Of a stretch of 64,000 bases of DNA, positions 1 through 9,580 are shown in pieces. The stretch is from positions 17,051 through 81,050 of the forward strand of contig CAZBPS010000010.1 of assembly GCA_964493865.1 (NCBI GenBank), given 5' to 3'. Both the position numbers and the translations under genes were made by a program. Source of the stretch: an uncultured Flavipsychrobacter sp. GTDB lineage: Bacteria > Bacteroidota > Bacteroidia > Chitinophagales > Chitinophagaceae. A model generated the notes under the pieces. The model had not been told where the DNA came from. It was given only the letters and a program-made list of their open reading frames with translations, and searched no databases. Each line of letters begins with the position of its first letter. The first letter of the stretch is position 1.

Positions 1-1
1 C

Positions 2-1216
2 CATCCTCCCGATACGCCTAGCCAGCTTAAAGATGTGCAGGATGCCATTAAGTTCTGGTCTGTACACCCTGACCTGTGGCCGAAGATAATATCAAACGGC
101 ACACTGGTGATGCTGGAGAAATTTTTCGAATCGGCTGATAATGTCCCTACGCCACCAACAGGTTTTGCACTGTTGCTGAACTCATTTTTGCAGCGGGTGC
201 TGAACAAGCAAGAGTATTTCCTTACAAAATTTTCACTGTCGCACCTGTCTGATTTTTTGAAAGGCTGCACCCAACTGGCCAAAATAACCGAACAGGTACA
301 AGTACCGACCTTATTGCTACGAGAACTGAATGCCATTAAAGATGAATTGAAACACAATCTCACAAACGAGATCATTGGCGTAACAAAGGATACAAAGTAC
401 ACAACGCTTGCACACCTGAACTACTGCGCCCGCCGCGAAATGAAGAACATGGTGCAGCGGCTGATAAACAGTTATGCCCGGCTGGATGCGTGGCAATCAA
501 TGGCGCGGGCCACTATTGACCGCAAATGGGTATTCCCGGAATTGCTGCCGGCGCTGCCAGTTTGTTTTGAAACGACCGGGCTAAAACATCCATTGCTGAG
601 AAAACCAATTGCTTACGACATCAGCTTTGATAACAACAAGAACTTTCTGCTACTGACGGGAGCGAATATGTCGGGCAAAACAACATTCATGAGGGCTCTG
701 GGGGTATCAGCGCTGCTGGCCCACCTGGGTATGGGTGTTCCGGCCAATTCCTTGCGTATCAGCTTTTTGCAGGGCATCATTACCAATATGCAGGTAGAGG
801 ATAATATCCTGAAAGGAGAAAGTTACTTCTTTGCCGAAGTGCAGCGGATGAAGCAGACCGCGACAAAATTAAAGCAGCAGGAGCCTCACCTTGTGCTGAT
901 GGATGAGCTGTTCAAAGGCACGAATGTGCATGATGCGTATGAATGCACACGGGCGGTGATGGGCGGACTGCTGCACCATCAAAACCATATGATGATACTT
1001 TCCACGCATTTGTACGAGGTTGCCCAGCAATTCAGCAGCAATAAGGATATTTTGTTTTCTTACTTTGTAACTAATATGTCGGACAACGGGGGATATGAGT
1101 TTACTTATGAGCTGAAGAAAGGAATATCCAATGACCGTATAGGTTATCGTATATTGCAGAAGGAAGGAGTTATTGATCTGCTGCAAAAGCAAGTGGCTCC
1201 TGACAAAGCAGATTAA
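2..1216 (+). CDS. MutS-related ATPase (MutS domain V family), 5'-truncated by the window edge
   Basis: Walker A LTGANMSGKT, ESYFFAEV, Walker B VLMDELFKGT, ILSTH. The frame is open from base 2, upstream of the track's GTG at 35. Confidence 0.85.
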   Translation, partial: HPPDTPSQLKDVQDAIKFWSVHPDLWPKIISNGTLVMLEKFFESADNVPTPPTGFALLLNSFLQRVLNKQEYFLTKFSLSHLSDFLKGCTQLAKITEQVQVPTLLLRELNAIKDELKHNLTNEIIGVTKDTKYTTLAHLNYCARREMKNMVQRLINSYARLDAWQSMARATIDRKWVFPELLPALPVCFETTGLKHPLLRKPIAYDISFDNNKNFLLLTGANMSGKTTFMRALGVSALLAHLGMGVPANSLRISFLQGIITNMQVEDNILKGESYFFAEVQRMKQTATKLKQQEPHLVLMDELFKGTNVHDAYECTRAVMGGLLHHQNHMMILSTHLYEVAQQFSSNKDILFSYFVTNMSDNGGYEFTYELKKGISNDRIGYRILQKEGVIDLLQKQVAPDKAD

Positions 1217-1237
1217 TCCGGGACATAAATTAATAAA

Positions 1238-2500
1238 ATGCAGTTTACGTTAAGATTAAAGGGATTCCTGAGGATCACATTGTTTTTCATTATTATCGCA
1301 TCAGCGATTGCATTTGTGTCTTACAGGGCGTGGTTATACTTTTCGTACCGGGATATCATGCGCAAAACTGCGGAAAAACGGGTAAGGAATTTTGAGCCAA
1401 AGCCCTTTGAATATAAAATTGCCATTAGCGATACGTCGCAAAAGGGCTACCTGCTGATAGCGCCTTATGTGCGTTTTAATTTAAAGTATGGCAGGCCGGT
1501 GATAATGGATACAAGGGGCAACAAAATACTGGAAAAACAGTGTAAAGGTGCCGTCATAGATTTCAGGCAGTGGGAAATTAACGGGCGCATCTATTATACT
1601 TATGGCGTAGATGATTCCGCCGCGCATCACGTAACACTTTCGGCGGGGCATGTGGTAATCCTTGATTCTGCATTAAACGAAATAAAGGAAGTGCACCTGA
1701 TACCTCACAAAGACATTACGACCAACAGGCATGAAGACCTTGACCTGCATGACTTTATCATGCTGTCGGAAAACCACTTTATAACCATGACAACATATAG
1801 TAAGCATGTTGACAATATCCCAGCATTCCTTACCCCGTCACCTGCAAACAAAGTGGCAACAACTATCATACAGGAAATAAAAGACAGTGCCGTGGTATGG
1901 CAATGGGACGGCAGCAATTATCCCGAATTTTATGTAAACAGCGAAATAGGAAATAAATTTTATGACACGGTAGCCCAGGACTACATGCATATAAATTCAA
2001 TGACGATAGACCCTGTTGACAGTAACCTGATCATATCACTACGCCAGTTGAACCAGATCATAAAAATAAGCCGAAAAACGGGGGATATCATCTGGCGCCT
2101 TGGCGGGCGGAACTCTGATTTTCCACTCACCTCAGACCAGATATTCCTTCGCCAGCACAACGCGACACTAACAAACGACGGGAGCTTGCTGATATTTGAT
2201 AACGGAGAAAAAGCACAGCGCCCTTATTCGAGGATACTGGAATTCAAACTGGATGAGAGAAAGAAAACGGTCGTATCGTTCAAGCCATACAGGATACAGG
2301 AGCCCCTTACAGAGTCACTTGGATCAGTTCAGAAAATAGGTGCCGATTACCTTATTTGTGGTGGATCGGCAAATTATGTTCTTTTGGTAAACAGCATAAC
2401 AGGTGAACGTAAAATGAGGCTGGTTGCAAACCAGTCGATGTATCGGGCATATCTGGTAGATAATATTAAAGGCATCATGCAAAACAAGACAGGAAATTAG
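1238..2500 (+). CDS. Arylsulfotransferase (ASST)-like beta-propeller with N-terminal membrane anchor, paralogue 1
   Basis: Motifs DLHDF, YMHINS, ISLRQ, WRLGGRNSDF, LRQHNA, FDNG; hydrophobic N-terminal segment. Confidence 0.8.
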   Translation: MQFTLRLKGFLRITLFFIIIASAIAFVSYRAWLYFSYRDIMRKTAEKRVRNFEPKPFEYKIAISDTSQKGYLLIAPYVRFNLKYGRPVIMDTRGNKILEKQCKGAVIDFRQWEINGRIYYTYGVDDSAAHHVTLSAGHVVILDSALNEIKEVHLIPHKDITTNRHEDLDLHDFIMLSENHFITMTTYSKHVDNIPAFLTPSPANKVATTIIQEIKDSAVVWQWDGSNYPEFYVNSEIGNKFYDTVAQDYMHINSMTIDPVDSNLIISLRQLNQIIKISRKTGDIIWRLGGRNSDFPLTSDQIFLRQHNATLTNDGSLLIFDNGEKAQRPYSRILEFKLDERKKTVVSFKPYRIQEPLTESLGSVQKIGADYLICGGSANYVLLVNSITGERKMRLVANQSMYRAYLVDNIKGIMQNKTGN

Positions 2501-2504
2501 CGGA

Positions 2505-3752
2505 ATGCAGGTTACCATAAAAATAAGAGGGCTACTCAAGATCATTGTCTTTTTTGGCATCGTATTGCCATCGGTGCTGTATTTCTTTTACAAGTCTTTC
2601 CTATATGTGCGCCGCGAGGCAATCATTTATCTGAAAACAAACAAGGTATTTAAATACACTTTCGAAACAAAAGATACATCGGCACAGGGGTACATATTAC
2701 TGACACCTTCGCTGCCTGTGAACCTTGATTATGGAAAAATAGTCATAGTAAACCTTAAAGGAGATTTAGTGCTGGAACGCAGAATAGAAGGGGTAGTTTC
2801 TGATTTCCGTCAATGGAACGTAAACGGGCGGTTACGCTATTCTTACATGGTGCACGACACAAGTGCCGACCAGCGTTTAGCACTCGCGGGCTCTGCAAGA
2901 AAAGCGGTAATACTTGACTCCGCACTGAATGTAATAAAAGAGATTAAACTGCTGCCCTATAAGGACATAGTAACCTACAACAGGCCGGGACTCGACCATC
3001 ACGACTTTATTATGCTGTCTGATGACCATTATATCACTATGTCATTGTATATAAAAACCGTAACCAATATTCCCGTTTACCTGATACAATCACCAAAGAC
3101 AAGGATAGCAGCGCCACTGATACAGGAAATAAAAAATGACTCGGTAGTGTGGCAATGGGATGGCAGTCACTATCCCGAGTTGTATGTGAACAGTACAATG
3201 GGAAATAAATTCTATGATACAATCGAACCTCAGGACTATGCGCATATGAATTCCATGTTCATAGATTCCCGTGATAGTAACCTTATTCTTTCCCTACATA
3301 ATAATAATCAGATAATAAAAGTGAGTCGGCGCACCGGCGCCATCATATGGCGGTTGGGCGGCAGGAACTCTGATTTCGAACTGACCGTTGAGCAGGTATT
3401 CCTGCGCCAACACCACGCAACACTAATTGACAGTGGCCGAACGCTCCTGCTATTCGACAATGGTGAAAAATCCGCAAGGCCCTACTCACGTATACTTGAG
3501 TTCGGGCTGGACGAATTGAATAAACGAATAAGCTCATTTAAGGCCTATAAGGTACCGGGCCCTTTTGCAGGTACACGCGGATCTGTTCAAAAGGTCGGCA
3601 ATAATTATTACATCTGCGGCGGGTCTGCCAATTATGTGCTGGAGATAGATGGCAGAAGCGGCGAAAAAGTAATGGAACTGAAAACAAATCAACCACTGTA
3701 CCGTGCGCATATAGTGCAAAACATTGATGGAATGCCTGCCGATAAAAAGTAA
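2505..3752 (+). CDS. Arylsulfotransferase (ASST)-like protein, paralogue 2
   Basis: Motifs DHHDF, YAHMNS, LSLHNN, WRLGGRNSDF, LRQHHA; collinear with paralogue 1 over its length. Confidence 0.8.
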   Translation: MQVTIKIRGLLKIIVFFGIVLPSVLYFFYKSFLYVRREAIIYLKTNKVFKYTFETKDTSAQGYILLTPSLPVNLDYGKIVIVNLKGDLVLERRIEGVVSDFRQWNVNGRLRYSYMVHDTSADQRLALAGSARKAVILDSALNVIKEIKLLPYKDIVTYNRPGLDHHDFIMLSDDHYITMSLYIKTVTNIPVYLIQSPKTRIAAPLIQEIKNDSVVWQWDGSHYPELYVNSTMGNKFYDTIEPQDYAHMNSMFIDSRDSNLILSLHNNNQIIKVSRRTGAIIWRLGGRNSDFELTVEQVFLRQHHATLIDSGRTLLLFDNGEKSARPYSRILEFGLDELNKRISSFKAYKVPGPFAGTRGSVQKVGNNYYICGGSANYVLEIDGRSGEKVMELKTNQPLYRAHIVQNIDGMPADKK

Positions 3753-3767
3753 AGTCGTCTTTAAATA

Positions 3768-4988
3768 ATGAGACCAAAACGCATATTGCAACTTTTTTTC
3801 GTACTGCTTGCAATGACAACTGCCGCGCTGGTTGTGTACAAAACTATCAGGCGTATCAAAGCGCATGATAATCTTATGTTCAGGTACGAATTCCGGAAAA
3901 CAGATACTTCCGAAAGAGGCTATATATTGATGGCACCTTATGTTACTTCACCGGAATGGGAAAGCTGGCTTACAATATTGGATCTTTCCGGGAACATAAT
4001 ATTTCAGAAGAAAGTAGCCGGCATAGTTTGTGACTTCAGGCAGTGGCTGGTACAGGGCCATATCCGGTATTCTTACGCCGTATACGACCCAACGGACATT
4101 CTTCAGCATTACCGGAATGGTTCGGTAGCGCATATTGTCATACTTGATTCTGCATTAAATGAATTAAGACAAGTACACCTCCATAGCTTCAAGGAGGTTA
4201 TTGCAGAAGGTAAACGAAACCTTGATCACAGGGATTTTATAATGCTGTCTGACGAGCATTTTATTACAATGGCATCATACGTAATGCAGGTAACAAATAT
4301 CCCTGATTCTCTGCAACCGGCAAAGGGTGTAAGGCTGGCAGTGCCCGTGATACAGGAAATAATTAATGATACTGTTGCCTGGCAATGGAATGCATCCGCT
4401 TTCCCTGAATTTTATTCGGCGAGCATGAAAGGCAACAACTATGCCGACAGCAGCACTGTACAAGACTATCTGCACATAGATGGTATGGCCCTAGACCCCA
4501 GGGACAGCAACTTGGTCATTTCGTTTCATAACAGCAACCAGGTCATCAAAGTAAAAAGGACTACAGGTGAAGTGCTTTGGCGACTTGGTGGGAAATATTC
4601 GGATTTCACACTCTCTCCGGAACAGATATTCTGCAAACAACAGGATCCTTCATTCATCAACAATGGACATACATTGCTGTTGTTAGAGAATGGAGACAGT
4701 ATAATAGGAAGGGTTTCCCGTATTCTTGAATTTACCCTGGATGAAGTGAACAAGAAAGTAATACAATTCAAATCGTATAATATACCGGCGGCATTTGCCC
4801 TGAACAAAGGAAATGTGCAGCTTGTAGGGGATGATTATTTTATATGCGGGGGTTCAGCAAATTATATTTTGAAGGTAAACAGGCAGACGGGCATTGTTAA
4901 TACAGAACTGCTATATAACCAGACATCTTTCCGTGCTTACCTTGTCAATGACATAACAGGTATCCCCGGTTACACAAAACATCATTAA
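3768..4988 (+). CDS. Arylsulfotransferase (ASST)-like protein, paralogue 3 (catalytic residues substituted)
   Basis: Motifs DHRDF, YLHIDG, ISFHNS, WRLGGKYSDF, CKQQDP; collinear with paralogues 1 and 2. Confidence 0.75.
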   Translation: MRPKRILQLFFVLLAMTTAALVVYKTIRRIKAHDNLMFRYEFRKTDTSERGYILMAPYVTSPEWESWLTILDLSGNIIFQKKVAGIVCDFRQWLVQGHIRYSYAVYDPTDILQHYRNGSVAHIVILDSALNELRQVHLHSFKEVIAEGKRNLDHRDFIMLSDEHFITMASYVMQVTNIPDSLQPAKGVRLAVPVIQEIINDTVAWQWNASAFPEFYSASMKGNNYADSSTVQDYLHIDGMALDPRDSNLVISFHNSNQVIKVKRTTGEVLWRLGGKYSDFTLSPEQIFCKQQDPSFINNGHTLLLLENGDSIIGRVSRILEFTLDEVNKKVIQFKSYNIPAAFALNKGNVQLVGDDYFICGGSANYILKVNRQTGIVNTELLYNQTSFRAYLVNDITGIPGYTKHH

Positions 4989-5012
4989 ATTTGCCGGGTT
5001 AAATAATTGATT

Positions 5013-5174
5013 GTGGAAACCAGCTCTCCGAAAACAGGCAAGATAGCCGCCATCGTATTCATCGCCATCCTTGTGCTGCCGGTATGTTATGCCCTCATAA
5101 AGGAACTAATCATCAACCGGGCTAAACAGCCTAAAGCAGAAACAACCCAGCCACGCACTGATTCCCTGAAATAA
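5013..5174 (+). CDS. Small single-pass membrane protein (53 aa), not in the ORF track
   Basis: Manual translation from GTG 5013: METSSPKTGKIAAIVFIAILVLPVCYALIKELIINRAKQPKAETTQPRTDSLK, stop TAA 5172-5174. Fills the gap between ASST-3 and the convergent aldolase stop. Confidence 0.6.
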   Translation: METSSPKTGKIAAIVFIAILVLPVCYALIKELIINRAKQPKAETTQPRTDSLK

Positions 5175-5176
5175 AC

Positions 5177-6202
5177 CTACGCCGGCAAGGCATTTACTAC
5201 GCCGGCAAATGTGTTAATTTCCTCTTCTTTAGTATCCCACGCACACATCAGCCTTACTTCGTGTGTGTTGTCTTTCCACACATAAAAAGGATAATGCTCC
5301 TGTAGTGGTTCATACCAGTTCCGGGGTATTTCGGCAAATACCGCATTGGCCTGCACCGGCTTTGTTATTTTTATTCTCCTGTTTGGTGCAAGCGCCCGGC
5401 AAAGCAGTTCTGCCATTTTATTTGCATGACCGGCCGTTTTGCGCCACAGGTCATTTTGCAACATGGCTTCAAACTGGGCCGCGATAAAGCGCGTTTTAGA
5501 CGCCAGTTGTATTATTTGCTTGTGCTTGTATGAAATATGTTTAGACAATTCTTTATTGAAAACTACCACAGCTTCACCAAACATCATTCCTGCTTTTGTG
5601 CCACCGAGCGAAAGAATATCCACCCCTACTTTCCCGCTTATGTCTTTCAGGTCACAACCCAATGAGGCCGCCGCATTGAAAAACCTGGAACCATCCATGT
5701 GCAGGTACAGGCCATGCTCTTTTGTGAGCGCAGAGATTGATTTTATTTCTTCGGGAGAATAAACCGTGCCATATTCTGTGGCTTGTGTAATGGACAGCAT
5801 AGCCGTTTGCGGATAATGCACATCCCCTTTCCTAATGAGGCGCTCACTGATTGTTTCCACATCCAGTTTTCCGAGGTCATTCGCCTTTAACGGAAAGAAA
5901 CGGCAGCCGGTAAATGTTTCCGGTGCCGATGATTCATCATTATATATATGGGAGGTATCGGCGCAGAGTACGGAATTATAAGAATGTGTTCCACTGCTGA
6001 TGCTCAGCAGGTTGGCACCCGTGCCGTTAAAAACGAAGTAGACATCCACCTCTGCATCAAACAATTCTCTGAAAAGAGATACTGTGCGCTTGGTCACCTC
6101 ATCTGCACCATAAGAGCGGGCATGCAATGTGTTTGCCTTTTCCAACGCTTCCATAATTTCCGGCAACACCCCGGCATAGTTATCGCTTGCAAAGCTTTTC
6201 AT
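5177..6202 (-). CDS. Low-specificity L-threonine aldolase (PLP-dependent)
   Basis: MKSFASDNYAG N-terminus, NGTGAN, HMDGSRF, LSLGGTK (PLP lysine). Start moved from 6454 to ATG 6202. Confidence 0.9.
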   Translation of the reverse strand: MKSFASDNYAGVLPEIMEALEKANTLHARSYGADEVTKRTVSLFRELFDAEVDVYFVFNGTGANLLSISSGTHSYNSVLCADTSHIYNDESSAPETFTGCRFFPLKANDLGKLDVETISERLIRKGDVHYPQTAMLSITQATEYGTVYSPEEIKSISALTKEHGLYLHMDGSRFFNAAASLGCDLKDISGKVGVDILSLGGTKAGMMFGEAVVVFNKELSKHISYKHKQIIQLASKTRFIAAQFEAMLQNDLWRKTAGHANKMAELLCRALAPNRRIKITKPVQANAVFAEIPRNWYEPLQEHYPFYVWKDNTHEVRLMCAWDTKEEEINTFAGVVNALPA

Positions 6203-6269
6203 CAAAATACTGTTTAGGATGGTAAAATTAACCGTTTTCCGTACTTTAGTATCCTTAAAAATTTGCACG

Positions 6270-6782
6270 ATGAAACAGTTCTTGTTGCTTTTTGCAGTTT
6301 TTATTCTTCCTTTTTCTTCGTTTTCGCAAAAAACGGTGGAACTGCGCAACCTGTGGGCGCAACCACAGGTACACATTCTGTTTGAAGGGTACACCATATC
6401 CTTTACTATCAGGGACATAGACCGAGCGCTGGTACTGCTATCCGAAAGAGGCATAAATACTTACGGCAACGCTTCGGGCCTCGATACTACCCGGCAACAT
6501 CATACAGAGCTTTATCCCGGCTTCCGGCAGCAGTACAGGAACACCCTCCAACCTATCGTACAAAACGGCGTAGGTGTTTTTCTGCTTTCAAAAGGGCGCG
6601 CGGTAGTCAGGAACCCAAAGCGGAAAAAACTAAAGAGTATTATTATGGATGTGAGCCCTTTTACAGAAGGCATGCGTTCAACTGACGTGAAGTTTTATGA
6701 CCCAAAAAACGACCAGCTCCTTTTCTCTGGCCGACTGGCCGAATCTATGCGCAATGCCGACCTGGGTATCGATTATTGGTAA
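6270..6782 (+). CDS. Hypothetical exported protein
   Basis: Signal peptide MKQFLLLFAVFILPFSSFSQ from ATG 6270; no recognised domain. Confidence 0.65.
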   Translation: MKQFLLLFAVFILPFSSFSQKTVELRNLWAQPQVHILFEGYTISFTIRDIDRALVLLSERGINTYGNASGLDTTRQHHTELYPGFRQQYRNTLQPIVQNGVGVFLLSKGRAVVRNPKRKKLKSIIMDVSPFTEGMRSTDVKFYDPKNDQLLFSGRLAESMRNADLGIDYW

Positions 6783-6799
6783 AGCCATACCTTTGCCCT

Positions 6800-7387
6800 A
6801 TGTCAAACAATACATTCGAACTGCTGCAAACTGTAATTAAAGGCAGGCGCTCGGTAGGTTGGTCTAAAATGAATGGCCGGACCATACCCAATGAAACCGT
6901 GAACCAATTGCTGGCACTTGCCGACTGGGCACCCACACATGGCCGCACTGAACCCTGGCGTTTTTTCGTTTATGGCGGCGAAGCGTTAAAAAAATTCGGC
7001 AAGGCGCATGGCGAACTCTATTGGAACCATACTGCCGAAGACAAAAGGCAGGAAGCCACCCGCGAGAAGCTGGAGCACAATGTGGACAAAGTATCGCACC
7101 TCGTTGTGGCGGTGATGAAACGCGGCGAAAATGTGAAGATACCACAGGTGGAAGAGGTTGCTGCGGCATCGGCGGCTGTGCAGAACATACTGCTGGGTGC
7201 TACGGCACTGGGCATAGCCTCGTTCTGGAGTACAGGTGGTATGACCCACACACATGCGCTTAAAGAATATCTGGAACTGGGAGAGCATGATATTGTTATG
7301 GGCCTCATTTTTCTGGGATATAGCGATGAACCGGCGAAAGAGGGCGTGCGAAATACACCCTTATCTGAAAAAATAATATGGAAATAA
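6800..7387 (+). CDS. Nitroreductase family protein (YdjA-like)
   Basis: IKGRRS, WAPTHGRTEPWRF, AAVQNILLGATALGIASFWSTG. Confidence 0.9.
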   Translation: MSNNTFELLQTVIKGRRSVGWSKMNGRTIPNETVNQLLALADWAPTHGRTEPWRFFVYGGEALKKFGKAHGELYWNHTAEDKRQEATREKLEHNVDKVSHLVVAVMKRGENVKIPQVEEVAAASAAVQNILLGATALGIASFWSTGGMTHTHALKEYLELGEHDIVMGLIFLGYSDEPAKEGVRNTPLSEKIIWK

Positions 7388-7519
7388 AAATATGACTGCC
7401 TGTAACTTGGTAAAACAATTGCTCACTCAACCTAATCGGGCAAAGTGCAGGGTAAAAAACAAACTATTTTCAGTCAAATTTTAATATTATGAAGTATCTT
7501 TCGGCTTTAAAATAGTTAT

Positions 7520-8242
7520 ATGCAAAAGATTGTTTTGTTCTTTCTGGCTACCCTTTTTGCAGCATCCTGTGCTAAACAGGTAAAACAGCCATTGAGCTAT
7601 GCTGTTACTAATGATGCGAAAGACAGCGTAATGGGAGATGTGTACATACCCGATACCGGAGACTATGCCATGAAGGTGCGGGTACGGTTCCTCAGTGGCT
7701 ATCAGGGCGATAATGTGAAACTGGTGATAACCGGTATGCCGGCCAATGTGACCGTTACGCCCGATACATTTGTTTCTACCCCCACCTTCGATAAGGAATT
7801 TATTTTCCGCAGCAACGGTGCTACGGCAGGCAGTGTCTTCCCTGTTACAATTACCGCCTACACCGAAACGGTTATTCCGAAGAGCTATAATTTCAATATC
7901 AGGGTAATACCTGCCGATTGCGCTGCACTCTTCTGGGGAAACCTTACAGGCTATAATGTATGCACCGGCCGCGCATTCGACCACCCTTCTACCGGTATTT
8001 CTACCGGCACACTGAATACACTGGTGATGAACAACTTTGGCGGCTATGGCACTAATTGCAATGTAGATGTGACACTCCATTGCATTAATAATACTGTAAC
8101 TATTCCCAAGGCATACTACGGCAATGGAGTAATACTTTCGGGAAGCGGAACATTTACTTCCGATAGTATGATCATTGACTACTTTGCAGAGTCTGTGCCT
8201 ACGGGTGGCAGCGAAAACTGCAGGGTGGTATATAAGCGATAA
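7520..8242 (+). CDS. Hypothetical lipoprotein
   Basis: Signal II with lipobox LFAASC; beta-rich sequence with cysteine pairs. Confidence 0.7.
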   Translation: MQKIVLFFLATLFAASCAKQVKQPLSYAVTNDAKDSVMGDVYIPDTGDYAMKVRVRFLSGYQGDNVKLVITGMPANVTVTPDTFVSTPTFDKEFIFRSNGATAGSVFPVTITAYTETVIPKSYNFNIRVIPADCAALFWGNLTGYNVCTGRAFDHPSTGISTGTLNTLVMNNFGGYGTNCNVDVTLHCINNTVTIPKAYYGNGVILSGSGTFTSDSMIIDYFAESVPTGGSENCRVVYKR

Positions 8243-8280
8243 TATTTGCCGGTAACCCGGTGCTTCAAAAATTCAATATC

Positions 8281-9483
8281 ATGTCTAGTCCATCATTTTA
8301 TACACGGCTGCAGAAAGAACTGCAGGAGATTAAAGACGCGGGATTATATAAGCAGGAACGTATCATAGAATCACCGCAGGGTGCAGAGATAAAGGTGAAC
8401 GGCAGGACAGTGCTGAACTTTTGCGCCAACAATTACCTCGGCCTTTCATCACACCCCAAAGTGGTGGAGGCAGCACATAAGGCAATAGACCACCGTGGAT
8501 ATGGTATGAGCTCCGTGCGTTTCATATGCGGCACACAGGATATACATAAGGAGCTGGAAGAAAAGCTGTCGAAGTTCCTCGGGGCTGAAGACTCCATACT
8601 CTACGTGGCTTGCTTTGATGCCAATGGTGGTGTGTTTGAGCCGTTGCTGGGCGAGAACGATGCCATCATATCAGACGAGCTGAACCACGCCTCAATAATA
8701 GACGGAGTGCGCCTGTGCAAAGCCCGCCGCGGCAGGTACCTGCATAACGATATGGCAGACCTGGAAGCGCAACTGAAGGCAAACATGGATTGCCGTACAC
8801 GCCTCATCGTTACCGATTCGGTATTCTCGATGGATGGCACCATAGCGCAATTAGATAAGATATGCGACCTCGCCGATAAGTATGATGCGCTGGTGATGAT
8901 AGACGAGAGCCACTCATCAGGTTTTATGGGCGCTACGGGACGTGGTGTTCATGAGCTTTGTGGTGTGATGGACCGCATAGACATCATAACCGGAACAATG
9001 GGTAAGGCGCTGGGTGGTGCATCGGGTGGATTTACGAGCGGAAAAAAAGAAATAATAGAGATGCTGCGCCAGCGCAGCAGGCCATACCTGTTCTCCAATT
9101 CACTGGCACCATCAATAGTTGGCGCATCGATAGCGGTACTGGATATGCTGAGCGAGACTACCGCGCTGCGCGATAAGCTCGAAGACAATACACTGTACTT
9201 CCGCAACCAAATGACGGAAGCAGGCTTTGATATAAAACCTGGCACACACCCCATCACCCCCATCATGCTGTACGATGCGGTAGTGGCACAAAAGTTTGCT
9301 GCGCGTATGCTCGAAGAAGGCATATATGTGGTAGGGTTCTTCTTCCCGGTAGTGGCCAAGGGCAAGGCACGCATAAGGGTGCAGATATCGGCAGGGCATG
9401 AGCGCCACCACCTGGATAAAGCCATAGAGGCATTTATTAAAGTGGGCAAGGAGCTGGGTGTGCTGAAGGAGGCAACTGCGTAA
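8281..9483 (+). CDS. kbl: Glycine C-acetyltransferase (2-amino-3-ketobutyrate CoA ligase)
   Basis: [46 protein letters not shown]. Confidence 0.95.
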   Translation: MSSPSFYTRLQKELQEIKDAGLYKQERIIESPQGAEIKVNGRTVLNFCANNYLGLSSHPKVVEAAHKAIDHRGYGMSSVRFICGTQDIHKELEEKLSKFLGAEDSILYVACFDANGGVFEPLLGENDAIISDELNHASIIDGVRLCKARRGRYLHNDMADLEAQLKANMDCRTRLIVTDSVFSMDGTIAQLDKICDLADKYDALVMIDESHSSGFMGATGRGVHELCGVMDRIDIITGTMGKALGGASGGFTSGKKEIIEMLRQRSRPYLFSNSLAPSIVGASIAVLDMLSETTALRDKLEDNTLYFRNQMTEAGFDIKPGTHPITPIMLYDAVVAQKFAARMLEEGIYVVGFFFPVVAKGKARIRVQISAGHERHHLDKAIEAFIKVGKELGVLKEATA

Positions 9484-9510
9484 TTCAATACTCAAGATTT
9501 TTTTTAAGTT

Positions 9511-9537
9511 AAAGTGCTCCTTATGGAGCACTTTTTT
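9511..9537 (+). terminator. Intrinsic terminator after kbl, possibly bidirectional
   Basis: AAAGTGCTCC-TTAT-GGAGCACTTT followed by a T-tract. Confidence 0.8.
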
Positions 9538-9580
9538 GCGATGCCATTGGCAGACTTGGTGCAAAAAGACAGCAGTAGCA

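Noticed and set aside
5177-6454. 425-aa version of threonine aldolase, and similar long N-termini for kbl, YceI and hutH
   Set aside because: The extensions overlap neighbouring genes or promoters; the family-typical N-termini begin at the downstream ATGs used here.
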